Below are positions 50,626-58,080 of a stretch of DNA of 64,000 bases, in pieces. Under the pieces are notes generated by a model. The model did not search any database and was not told where the DNA came from. It saw only the letters and a program-made list of their open reading frames with translations. Where the stretch lies: NCBI GenBank assembly GCA_965219845.1, contig CBDCOP010000007.1, positions 335,640 to 399,639 of the forward strand. Reading direction: 5' to 3'. This DNA comes from Dehalococcoidia bacterium (GTDB lineage: Bacteria > Chloroflexota > Dehalococcoidia > Lucifugimonadales > Australimonadaceae). How positions within the stretch are numbered: position 1 is the stretch's first letter; each line of letters begins with the position of its first letter. Position numbers and translations under genes: made by a program.

Positions 50626-50873
50626 TATCCGTCAGCCTCTTCGTCCCGGCTGCTGTTGCTGCTGCCGGTGAGGTAACCAGACGCCATCCGGTAGACCCCG
50701 TAGAACGCGAGAACGACTCCGAAGAGGAGGCCTCCCAGGAGAAAGAGAGGCGAGGTTCCCGCTTTGCCGTCGAGCCAGACTCCGCCCAGCGTCGGGAGCA
50801 CGATCGCCGTGGCGATGTACCAGCCGAGGCCGGTGAACTGCGCCGCTGAGACCCACCATGAACGGCGTTTCAT
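50625..50873 (-). CDS. atpI: AtpZ/AtpI-like small membrane protein (ATP synthase gene 1 family)
   Basis: 82 aa, two TM helices. GLGWYIATAIVLPTLGGVWLD pattern. First gene of the operon. Confidence 0.7.
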   Translation of the reverse strand: MKRRSWWVSAAQFTGLGWYIATAIVLPTLGGVWLDGKAGTSPLFLLGGLLFGVVLAFYGVYRMASGYLTGSSNSSRDEEADG

Positions 50874-50929
50874 ATGCTGGTCCGGAGCTGCGTGAATCCT
50901 ATCACAATATCCCGCGCATGCAAACCGGA

Positions 50930-51254
50930 ATCCTCTTTTGCCCCCTCTCCCTACAAGGGGAGAGGGTTGGGGTGAGGGTACTCCGTGGCGGGGCGGCGGG
51001 GACTATCATCCCAAGCGGAGCGCCGCGGAGTAGAGGCATCCTCTTTTGCCCCCTCTCCCTACAAGGGGAGAGGGCTGGGGTGAGGGTACTCCGTGGCGGG
51101 GCGGCGCGGACTATTATCCCCAAGCGGAGCGCCGCGGAGTAGAGGCATCCTCTTTTGCCCCCTCTCCCTACAAGGGGAGAGGGCTGGGGTGAGGGTACTC
51201 CGTGGCGGGGCGGCGCGGACTATCATCCCGAGCGGAGCGCCGCGGAGTAGAGGC
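50930..51254. repeat. Tandem repeat, 3 units of 108-109 bp (plus a degenerate fourth unit to about 51330)
   Basis: Units 50930-51037, 51038-51146 and 51147-51254 are near-identical. Each contains the hairpin CCCTCTCCC-TACAAG-GGGAGAGGG, a G-rich tail (GGGGTGAGGGTACTCC) and the GAGCGCCGCGGAGTAGAGGCATCC module. Confidence 0.95.
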
Positions 51255-51341
51255 ATCTCCCAAGCTCCCCTCTCCCAATGGTGGGAGAGGGTTGGGGTGA
51301 GGGTTGGCGGGGTGGGGTGGGCACGCGGGAATCAGGGCTGC

Positions 51342-52016
51342 CTATTGCGGCTCGCCCGGCTTCCCAAGGTCCTCCAGCCCCGGCAGGTCCTCCAGGAACT
51401 CCGAGAACGCTGAGAGCTTCTCGATCTCCTCCGGGGTGACCCCTTGCTGCGCCTGGCGCGGCCTCCGGCGCGGCTGCTGCCCTTCGGTACTCTCCTCCAC
51501 ACTGCCGTCCACCACGACGCCCGCGCGCTCCAGCACACGGTCCTCTACGAAGATCGGCACCTTGGAGCGCACGTCCGCCGCGTCGCCGCCGCCCTGACGC
51601 GCGAAGTCCTCCGCCTCCTGCAGCGACGAGAACCAATGGTCCTCGCCGTCCTTCCCCTGCACCAGTTGCCCGCCGCGCACCGCGATCGCTATCGCGTCGC
51701 TCGGGCGGCAGTCGATCTCCGTCTCCGTTCCGTCCGCCAGCCTCAGCACGAGCCGGGCGAAGAACGTGTCGTTCTCCAGGTCGCAGACGACGACGTGCCG
51801 GATGGACGCCCCCAGCGTCGTGATGACCCCGCCAAGCAGGTCATGCGTGAGCGGTCGCGCCGCCGAAACGTCCTGCAGCTTCAGCGCGATGGCGTCCGCT
51901 TCCGGCGACCCGATACGGATCGGCAGGTAGCGGTCGCTCTCCCGCTCTTTCAGGATGACGACGCGCTGATAGTTCATCAGGCTGACGCGGATACTGTCGA
52001 TGAGCATCTCTTGCAT
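51342..52016 (-). CDS. Bifunctional nuclease (DUF151/BFN) domain protein
   Basis: VVILKERESDRYLPIRIGSPEADAIALKL...RPLTHDLL is the DUF151 core. Acidic C-terminal tail. Start at MQEMLID (ATG 52016). Confidence 0.75.
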   Translation of the reverse strand: MQEMLIDSIRVSLMNYQRVVILKERESDRYLPIRIGSPEADAIALKLQDVSAARPLTHDLLGGVITTLGASIRHVVVCDLENDTFFARLVLRLADGTETEIDCRPSDAIAIAVRGGQLVQGKDGEDHWFSSLQEAEDFARQGGGDAADVRSKVPIFVEDRVLERAGVVVDGSVEESTEGQQPRRRPRQAQQGVTPEEIEKLSAFSEFLEDLPGLEDLGKPGEPQ

Positions 52017-52085
52017 GGCACACCTTCCGGCGGCCATTCTAGGGAGACGCCCCGCCAACGGTCAACGCAAGGGGCGAGGGATATT

Positions 52086-52387
52086 GTCATTCCGAGCGGA
52101 GCGCAGCGGAGTCGAGGGATCTCTCGGACGCCGCCCTGCGGGCCGGGGGGGTGAGGGTAATCCGGAGTGTGCGGGGCGTCTGGTCCCTTCTCCCTTGAGG
52201 GGAGAAGGCTAGGATGAGGGTGAACCGGCGGGGCCGGGGATGCACGGTGGGAGTTGTCATTCCGAGCGGAGCGCAGCGGAGTCGAGGAATCTCTCGGACG
52301 CCGCCCTGCGGGTCGGAGGGGTGAGGGTAATCCAGAGGGTGCGCGGTTTGGGATGGGAGCGGGCGTTCTGGTCCCCTCTCCCTACAA
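52086..52387. repeat. Tandem composite repeat, period 169 bp (unit 2 interrupted by the element at 52388)
   Basis: GTCATTCCGAGCGGAGCGCAGCGGAGTCGAGG.ATCTCTCGGACGCCGCCCTGCGGG... starts at 52086 and again at 52255. Each unit ends in a CCC(T)TCTCCC hairpin module. Confidence 0.85.
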
Positions 52388-52520
52388 AGGGACCTTTGCA
52401 TAACCGTGAGGGGAGGTGCGGTGCGGGGTCATTTAATCCCTTCCCCCTCGATGGGGGAAGGCTAGGATGGGGGTGAATCGGCGGGGTCTGGGGTGTGCGA
52501 TGGGATTATGCAAGTGTCTC
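52388..52520. mobile_element. MITE-like 133-bp element (copy 1) in a hairpin loop, flanked by TACAA
   Basis: Left end AGGGACCTTTGCATAACC. Right end degenerate (ATTATGCAAGTGTCTC, 13 of 17 TIR positions). TACAA at 52383-52387 and 52521-52525. Outer flanks CCCCTCTCCC / GGGGAGAGGG rebuild the common hairpin module. Confidence 0.6.
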
Positions 52521-52655
52521 TACAAGGGGAGAGGGTGCGCATCGAGATGCGCGGGTGAGGGTACTCCGGGGCCGGGCGTTCTGCTCCCCTCTCCCTCTGG
52601 GAGAGGGGCTGGGGGTGAGGGTTGGGGCGTGGGGGACTTGTGCGCCGACCGCTCC

Positions 52656-53309
52656 CTACAGCATCGCGCCCGTGGGCTGCAGCACCACAACCTGCGTCTC
52701 GTCCGGCAGGTTGGCCCGCGTCACGGTCAGACGCGCCAGCGCCTCTGGCTCGCGGACGCCCAGCTCCTGCAGGAACGGCCCCAGTTCGCGCAGCGGATGC
52801 TTGTTCCCGGCGTGCGCGTACAGCATCGGGATAACGATGCGCGGCTCGACGCTCTTCACGATCTCCACCACGTCCGCCGCCGACAGCCCCGTGTCGCTCC
52901 CCACCGGCGCCATCAGCACGTGCGGCGACCCCAGCGCGTCCACTTCCTTGTTCGTGAGCAGCCGGTCCGGGTTCCCCAGGTGACAGAGCGTGAGGCCCTC
53001 CGCCAGCACGGTGAACACCGCGTTCCACTGCTGCGGCTCCCCCTCGTGCGTGCGCCGCGTCGTGCGGAGGCCGCGCAGGTGCATCCCTGCCGCCTCGTAC
53101 TCGCCCGGGCCTTCGAGCGCGATCGGCTCGCCTGACAACGCGCCGAGCGCCGAGTGGAACGGGTCGTTGCTGCTCTGCGTCACGAGGTCCGCCTGCGCCT
53201 GCTGCGGCGGTATGCGCACCCCCAGCTCCGGCGGGAACGGGTCCATGATCAGCGTCTTGTTTCCGGAGCGCACGCGGAACGCCGCGTGCCCAAGCCAGGT
53301 GATATCCAC
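52656..53309 (-). CDS. MBL-fold metal-dependent hydrolase (UPF0173-like)
   Basis: ITWLGHAAFRVRSGNKTLIMDPF N-terminus. GTG start at 53309 proposed, as the longer ORF overlaps bioY completely. Confidence 0.65.
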   Translation of the reverse strand: MDITWLGHAAFRVRSGNKTLIMDPFPPELGVRIPPQQAQADLVTQSSNDPFHSALGALSGEPIALEGPGEYEAAGMHLRGLRTTRRTHEGEPQQWNAVFTVLAEGLTLCHLGNPDRLLTNKEVDALGSPHVLMAPVGSDTGLSAADVVEIVKSVEPRIVIPMLYAHAGNKHPLRELGPFLQELGVREPEALARLTVTRANLPDETQVVVLQPTGAML

Positions 53310-53311
53310 CC

Positions 53312-53965
53312 CTAACGCTCCCTGCGCCCGACGAGCGCCCACGCTCCGGGCAGCGCGACCGAGGCGACGTACAGCTTCGCGAGGTCGCCCGCCACGAACG
53401 GCCACAGTCCCCACTGCAGCGTGTCCGGGATGATGCTCGCGCCGGACGTCCACTCCTTGTCCACCGCCCAGTAGCCCAGCCACAGCAGCCCCGGCACGTA
53501 GAGCACCACGTTGCCCGCGAGCAGCGCCAGCAGCACGCGCCAACTGCGGTCCCAGCCGCGCTCCGACAGCCGCCCGACGACCCACGCCGCGGCGATGAAG
53601 CCGACGATGTAGCCGCCGCTGGCGATCTGCCAGACGAGGTCGCTGCTGCCCGCCCACGGCGCGATGAAGTGGAAGACCGTCCCCTCGCCGAGCGATGGCG
53701 CGAAGACCGGCAGGCCGACCATGCCCACCAGCATGTACAGCGCGAGGCTCGCGGCCCCGCGGTTCGCCCCCAGTGCGCCGCCCGTGAGCAGCACCGCGAG
53801 CGTCTGGCCCGTGATGGGGACGGGAGTGAACGGCAGCTTCACCGCGATCTGCGCAAACAGCGCCACGAGCATCGCGAACCCGACCACGAGCGCCGCGTCG
53901 CGCAGCAACCCTTCGCCGGGAAATACCGAATCTATGAGCGCGGAACGTGGTTGTGCTGCCTGCAT
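53312..53965 (-). CDS. bioY: Biotin transporter BioY
   Basis: PFTPVPITGQTLAVLLTGGALG...LYMLVGMVGLPVFA is the BioY signature region. Polytopic. Confidence 0.85.
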   Translation of the reverse strand: MQAAQPRSALIDSVFPGEGLLRDAALVVGFAMLVALFAQIAVKLPFTPVPITGQTLAVLLTGGALGANRGAASLALYMLVGMVGLPVFAPSLGEGTVFHFIAPWAGSSDLVWQIASGGYIVGFIAAAWVVGRLSERGWDRSWRVLLALLAGNVVLYVPGLLWLGYWAVDKEWTSGASIIPDTLQWGLWPFVAGDLAKLYVASVALPGAWALVGRRER

Positions 53966-54005
53966 GCAGGCAGTATACAGGATGCGCCTCTACGGCTGGC
54001 GGAGC

Positions 54006-54452
54006 CTACGCGGCGGCCAGTTCGCGGCGCACCACCTGTGCCAGGTCATGCGGAAGGTCAGCGGCGGCAGTCGGTCCCCATACTCCGTCCTTCGTCGGCG
54101 GTATGTGGAAAACCGGCTGCCAGTCCAGCCAGCCTGCAAGCTGCTTCCATGCTCCGATGAGAGTGCCCGACGCGACCTTCTTCTTGAAGCCGAGGACCTC
54201 GACGCTGAGCCAGTCGAGTGTTTCGGGGTCGGCGATGACGATGATGCTCCCGTCGAAGAGCGCTATGCCCTCGCGGGGCTCGCCCAAGGTGATGTACAGA
54301 TGATCGTCCTCGCCGAAGTAATCGATCAGGATGCCCTTCCGCCGGATCACCTGGTCCAGGTCGCGGTTCTTCCGCAGGAAACGCGCCTGCATGGCCTTGT
54401 TCTGCTTGTTAACAGACTTCCTGAGCGCCTCAAATTCCTGTTCGATGCTCAT
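54006..54452 (-). CDS. Hypothetical protein with DUF2283-like core (possible antitoxin partner)
   Basis: 148 aa from MSIEQE (ATG 54452). DYFGEDDHLYITLGEP...VEVLGF resembles the DUF2283 pattern. ATGA overlap with the upstream gene. Confidence 0.4.
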   Translation of the reverse strand: MSIEQEFEALRKSVNKQNKAMQARFLRKNRDLDQVIRRKGILIDYFGEDDHLYITLGEPREGIALFDGSIIVIADPETLDWLSVEVLGFKKKVASGTLIGAWKQLAGWLDWQPVFHIPPTKDGVWGPTAAADLPHDLAQVVRRELAAA

Positions 54453-54799
54453 GGCCCCGTCTCCCCCGGACTCCTGCGCCAGCAGAACATCTCTCCGGCC
54501 GTGATCCTTGACGTGAACAACACGCTCTTCACGTAGTGCGCCCCATTCGTGTCCGCATCCTCCACGACTCGAAACCAGCACCCTGCCGTTTTGCCGGAGC
54601 CGTACCCCATCCGGTACTTGAATATTACCCCGTGCTCATCCCGTACCGCAAAATCGGGGTCGGCGGCGGTTTCCCTGGCGCTATCGAGGCACTCGTCTAT
54701 CTCCGGCCTCTTCGTGACGTGCTTCAGCCAGTTCGACTCGTGCAGATAGCTCTCGGTACCGGTACAGGGATTATCTGTGCGCCAAGACTCTACCGCCAT
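54449..54799 (-). CDS. Hypothetical protein, possible RNase-type toxin (Barnase-EndoU-ColicinE5/D-RelE-like pattern)
   Basis: 116 aa. H-x3-W-x-KHVTKRPEI followed by DPDFAV...beta-rich core resembles small toxin families that start with the (k)H(i/v)..(r)(h/p)pe motif. Recognition by eye only. Confidence 0.35.
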   Translation of the reverse strand: MAVESWRTDNPCTGTESYLHESNWLKHVTKRPEIDECLDSARETAADPDFAVRDEHGVIFKYRMGYGSGKTAGCWFRVVEDADTNGAHYVKSVLFTSRITAGEMFCWRRSPGETGP

Positions 54800-54824
54800 C
54801 TAACGTTCCGGCTCGCGCATGAGC

Positions 54825-54915
54825 CCACCACCCCTACGACCGCCGCCTCCGAAGCGCGACAGCGCCTACTCCCACGATGGCCGCGATGCCAACGACCACG
54901 ACCAGCAGGACGATG
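54825..54915. repeat. Orphan duplicate of the 3-prime end of gene 55526..56344
   Basis: 84 of 91 nt identical to 55517-55607, same orientation. On the minus strand it still encodes AIVLLVVVVGIAAIVGVGAVALRRRRS-stop, but an in-frame TGA precedes it. Confidence 0.9.
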
Positions 54916-54935
54916 GCGCGACGCTGTCAATAACC

Positions 54936-55343
54936 TCAAGCGTAGGTGTAACCAACGCTCTCCCTACGTGCGGCAGCATCCAGTTCACCGTCGAGGGTAG
55001 CCAGTGAGGACTGGCGACGAATCGCCGTCTCAAGATATGCCGCGTCATAGAAAGTCAGGTGGTGACGATGCGCGAGGTCGAGAGTTTCCATCTCAACGTG
55101 ACCGTCATCGATCTCGATCTGGAGCTCTCCGAGCCGCCCCAGGAAGTGCATCGTCCCTTCCCTGTCGATGCGACCTCGCCATTCCGCTCTCACCAGCACG
55201 TTGCGTATCTCGTACCAGAATATCCGAGGAGTGATTCCGGGTTCGCTGATGAGGCGCATCGCAACCGCGTCGGCCCTGGACGCGCCTTCTTCCTCAGGAA
55301 AACACCAAGCGAGTGCTACGGAAGCGTCCAAGACGATAGCCAT
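54936..55343 (-). CDS. vapC: PIN-domain toxin VapC
   Basis: 135 aa. PIN acidic residues in VLDASV, WYEIRNV and FYDAAYLETA, with a C-terminal LATLDGEL. Confidence 0.85.
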   Translation of the reverse strand: MAIVLDASVALAWCFPEEEGASRADAVAMRLISEPGITPRIFWYEIRNVLVRAEWRGRIDREGTMHFLGRLGELQIEIDDGHVEMETLDLAHRHHLTFYDAAYLETAIRRQSSLATLDGELDAAARRESVGYTYA

Positions 55344-55498
55344 CAGTAACGGCCTTCGTCTCTCATCCTCCGAATCTCCTCCCGCGGAACTCTCTGTCGC
55401 TGGTCGCGTTCGGCAAGCATGCGCGAAACAACCTGCCTGCGGAGTGCTTCGCTACGGGGCGTGATGTGCTTGAGGCGCGTCTCTCTCTTGGTGGCCAT
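55343..55498 (-). CDS. vapB: Putative VapB-type antitoxin (51 aa, below the ORF-track cutoff)
   Basis: My own translation: MATKRETRLKHITPRSEALRRQVVSRMLAERDQRQRVPREEIRRMRDEGRY. Its TGA shares one nucleotide with the vapC ATG (TGATG). Confidence 0.6.
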   Translation of the reverse strand: MATKRETRLKHITPRSEALRRQVVSRMLAERDQRQRVPREEIRRMRDEGRY

Positions 55499-55525
55499 GT
55501 CCCGATTCTACACCCGCCACCACCC

Positions 55526-56344
55526 CTACGACCGCCGCCTTCGCAGCGCGACGGCCCCGACCCCCACGATGGCCGCGATGCCAACGACCACGACCAGCAC
55601 GACGATGAGTGCGCCGCCGCCACCCGAGTCGTCGCCCGGCACAGTCGCGACCGGCGTCAGCGTGGCCGCGGCATCCGCAGGGGGCGCAGGCGTGGGCGTC
55701 GCCGTCGGTGGGACCGGCGTCGCCGTCGGGGCCGGCGTGGGCGTTGCGGTCGGGATCGGCGTGGGGGTGGGCGTCGGCGTGGGCGGAACAACCAGTATCT
55801 CGCCGGCGGGCGGCGGGAGGTGTCCGCATGGCGTATCGGTGCGCGGCTCCGAGCCCGCGCCGAACCGCAGCTCGACGCTCTCCACGAAGCACGGCTCAGA
55901 CATGTGCGCGAACGGGTACGTCAGGCCAGCCTGCTGCTCCCCGTTCAGGTGGAACGTCACGGCCTCGCCGACGTAGACATAGCGCGGAGGGTCGCCGCTG
56001 AGGTAGCCCGGCGGCCCGACGAGCAGACAGCCCTCGTCGCTGGCGCAGTCGAACATGCCGTTCACTATCGGGATCCGCTTCTCGCGCTCCCAGTCGCCCA
56101 CGCGCACGACGATCTCGCCCTCCGCGACCGGCTCGCCGTTCAGCACCACGGTGCCCTCGAGGTAGACGACCGGGAACGGCGGGATGCTCTGCTGCCGCTT
56201 CTCGTCGTCGCCGCCGTCCTGCGCCGACGCAACGAGCGGCACGACCAGCGCCGCCGCAAGCAGCGCAGCCACGATGAGGAACGTTCGGGAAAAGGGGCTG
56301 AGAACGCCGGAGCCGATAGCGGAAGCGTGAGAGAAACGAGGCAT
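55526..56344 (-). CDS. Secreted PT-rich protein with C-terminal TM anchor and RRRRS tail
   Basis: 272 aa: signal peptide (FLIVAALLAAALVVPLVASAQD), a globular ~150-aa part, a long Pro/Thr linker, then GGGGALIVVLVVVVGIAAIVGVGAVALRRRRS. Confidence 0.65.
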   Translation of the reverse strand: MPRFSHASAIGSGVLSPFSRTFLIVAALLAAALVVPLVASAQDGGDDEKRQQSIPPFPVVYLEGTVVLNGEPVAEGEIVVRVGDWEREKRIPIVNGMFDCASDEGCLLVGPPGYLSGDPPRYVYVGEAVTFHLNGEQQAGLTYPFAHMSEPCFVESVELRFGAGSEPRTDTPCGHLPPPAGEILVVPPTPTPTPTPIPTATPTPAPTATPVPPTATPTPAPPADAAATLTPVATVPGDDSGGGGALIVVLVVVVGIAAIVGVGAVALRRRRS

Positions 56345-56513
56345 GCGCAGATTCTATGGGAGCGTCCGCGCCCTTGTCATGGGGCTTGTGGCACAAGCTT
56401 TCCACTCTCCCTACAAGGGGAGGAGGGCGCCGCCCCTGCGGACAAGGCGTAGACGAAAGAGCCGGGGGGCGGTGGGTGAGGGTACTGCGGCCCGGAGGGC
56501 GAGGGTACTGCGG

Positions 56514-56973
56514 CCCCTCCCCGTCGTTCCTGCGGAGGCAGGAACCCGCGCTTTAGCGCGCCGCAGCCCCTGGGTAGGAGGCTACGCTCAACATGACAAA
56601 GCGTAGACGAAAGAGCCGGGGGGCCGGCGTGCGTGTCAGGCGGGCAGCAGCCGCATGGCGGCGACCGTAAGCGACGCGATGAGCGCCAGCCCGCCGAGGC
56701 CCCGCCACATCAGGCGGGCCTCCATCTGAGCGATACGGACTGACAGCTCCTCGTGCTGACGCGCGTTCTCCTCCTTGAAGGAGTCGAACTCCCGGCGGAA
56801 GTCGGAGAAGTAGCGGGGTATCCACTCTCCTTCCGTATTGGGCTGCGGTTCGGTCGTCATGCGCTCATCCGCCTCGGTCGCTGGCAGTATAGCACGTCCG
56901 CACTATAACGGCTGCCACCACTGGCGTATGGCGCCCGCGCATGTCGGTGTAGGACAACCCCCGTCGTTCCTGC
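56514..56973. repeat. Segmental duplication copy A (carries small gene 56636..56860)
   Basis: Colinear with 57637-58080, high identity by eye, with one indel block just downstream of the small gene stop. Confidence 0.85.
56636..56860 (-). CDS. Small tail-anchored membrane protein (copy A)
   Basis: 74 aa: MTTEPQPNTEGEWIPRYFSDFRREFDSFKEENARQHEELSVRIAQMEARL followed by a C-terminal hydrophobic helix. Differences from copy B are few and mostly conservative. Confidence 0.55.
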   Translation of the reverse strand: MTTEPQPNTEGEWIPRYFSDFRREFDSFKEENARQHEELSVRIAQMEARLMWRGLGGLALIASLTVAAMRLLPA

Positions 56974-57478
56974 GGAGGCAGGAACCTCGCAGCCTGCCTG
57001 ATCCCCTCTCCCTACAAGGGGAGAGGGTTAGGGTGAGGGTACTGCGGGGCGGAGGGTGCCGCCCCTGCGGCCGGCGCGTGAGGGTACTGCGGGCGGTGGG
57101 TGAGCGTACTGCGGGCGGTGGGGGCGGGGGTGGGAGGACTGTCATTCCGAGCGAAGCCGAGGAATCTCTCACAAGACGCCCCGCCGTCCTGCGACGCTCT
57201 CCCCGAGAGATGTTTCGGCTACGCTCAACATGACAAGGCGTAGACGAAAGAGCCGGGGGGCGGAGGGTGAGGGTACTGCGGCCCGGAGGGTGAGGGTACT
57301 GCGGCCCCTCCCCGTCGTTCCTGCCTCCGCAGGAACCTCGCAGCCCTGGGGGGGCTTGTCATTCCGAGCGAAGCCGAGGAATCTCTCACAAGACGCCCCG
57401 CCGTCCTGCGACGCTCTCCCCGAGAGATGTTTCGGCTACGCTCAACATGACAAGGCGTAGACGAAAGAGCCGGGCGGC

Positions 57479-57639
57479 GGAGGGTGAGGGTACTGCGGCC
57501 CGGAGGGTGAGGGTACTGCGGCCCGGAGGGCGAGGGTACTGCGGCCCGGAGGGCGAGGGTACTGCGGCCCGGAGGGCGAGGGTACTGTGGCCCGGAGGGC
57601 GAGGGTACTGTGGCCCGGAGGGCGAGGGTACTGCGGCCC
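57479..57639. repeat. 23-bp G-rich tandem repeat, 7 units
   Basis: GGAGGG(T/C)GAGGGTACTG(C/T)GGCCC x7. Only 2 units are present at the paralogous positions 56474-56519 and 57262-57307. Confidence 0.95.
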
Positions 57640-58080
57640 CTCCCCGTCGTTCCTGCGGAGGCAGGAACCCGCGCTTTAGCGCGCCGCAGCCCCTGGGTAG
57701 GAGGCTACGCTCAACATGACGAACGCGCGTCGCCCCGCGTGTCAGGCAGGCAGCAGCCGCATTGCGGCGACCGTAAGCGACGCGATGAGCGCCAGCCCGC
57801 CGAGACCCCGCCACATCAGGCGCGCCTCCATCTGAGCGATGCGGCCGGACAGCTCCGCATGCTGACGCGCGTTCTCCCCCTTGAAGGAGTCGAACTCCCG
57901 GCGGAAGTCGGAGAAGTAGCGGGGTATCCACTCGCCCTCCGTATTGGCCTGCGGTTCGGTCGTCATGCGCTCATCCACTTCGGTCGCTGGCAGTATAGCC
58001 GTCAGCACTATACCTGTTGCCACCGATAGCGCATGCGCCCGCGCGTGTCTCGGCGTGGGACGCCCCTCGTCGTTCCTGCG
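57637..58080. repeat. Segmental duplication copy B (carries small gene 57742..57966)
   Basis: Colinear with 56514-56973. Confidence 0.85.
57742..57966 (-). CDS. Small tail-anchored membrane protein (copy B)
   Basis: 74 aa from the ATG at 57966, near-identical to copy A (MTTEPQANTEGEWIPRYFSDFRREFDSFKGENARQHAELSGRIAQMEARL...). Confidence 0.55.
   Translation of the reverse strand: MTTEPQANTEGEWIPRYFSDFRREFDSFKGENARQHAELSGRIAQMEARLMWRGLGGLALIASLTVAAMRLLPA

Noticed and set aside
50858-51256. ORFs translating the repeat arrays (peptides such as PLSLQGERVGVRVLRGG, VIPSEAEESL, SFLRRQEP). Also 52462..53028, 56903..57172, 57386..57931, 57971..58591 and 63133..63504.
   Set aside because: The reading frames are created by the repeats themselves and are open in several frames and on both strands. 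They change with repeat copy number and have no start or RBS context.
50930-51330. Possible CRISPR array, because of regularly spaced palindromic repeats.
   Set aside because: The whole 108-109-bp unit is repeated, so there are no unique spacers. The period is far longer than CRISPR repeat-plus-spacer units with variable content, and no cas genes are in the window. The same reasoning applies to the arrays at 52086-52650 and 57479-57639.
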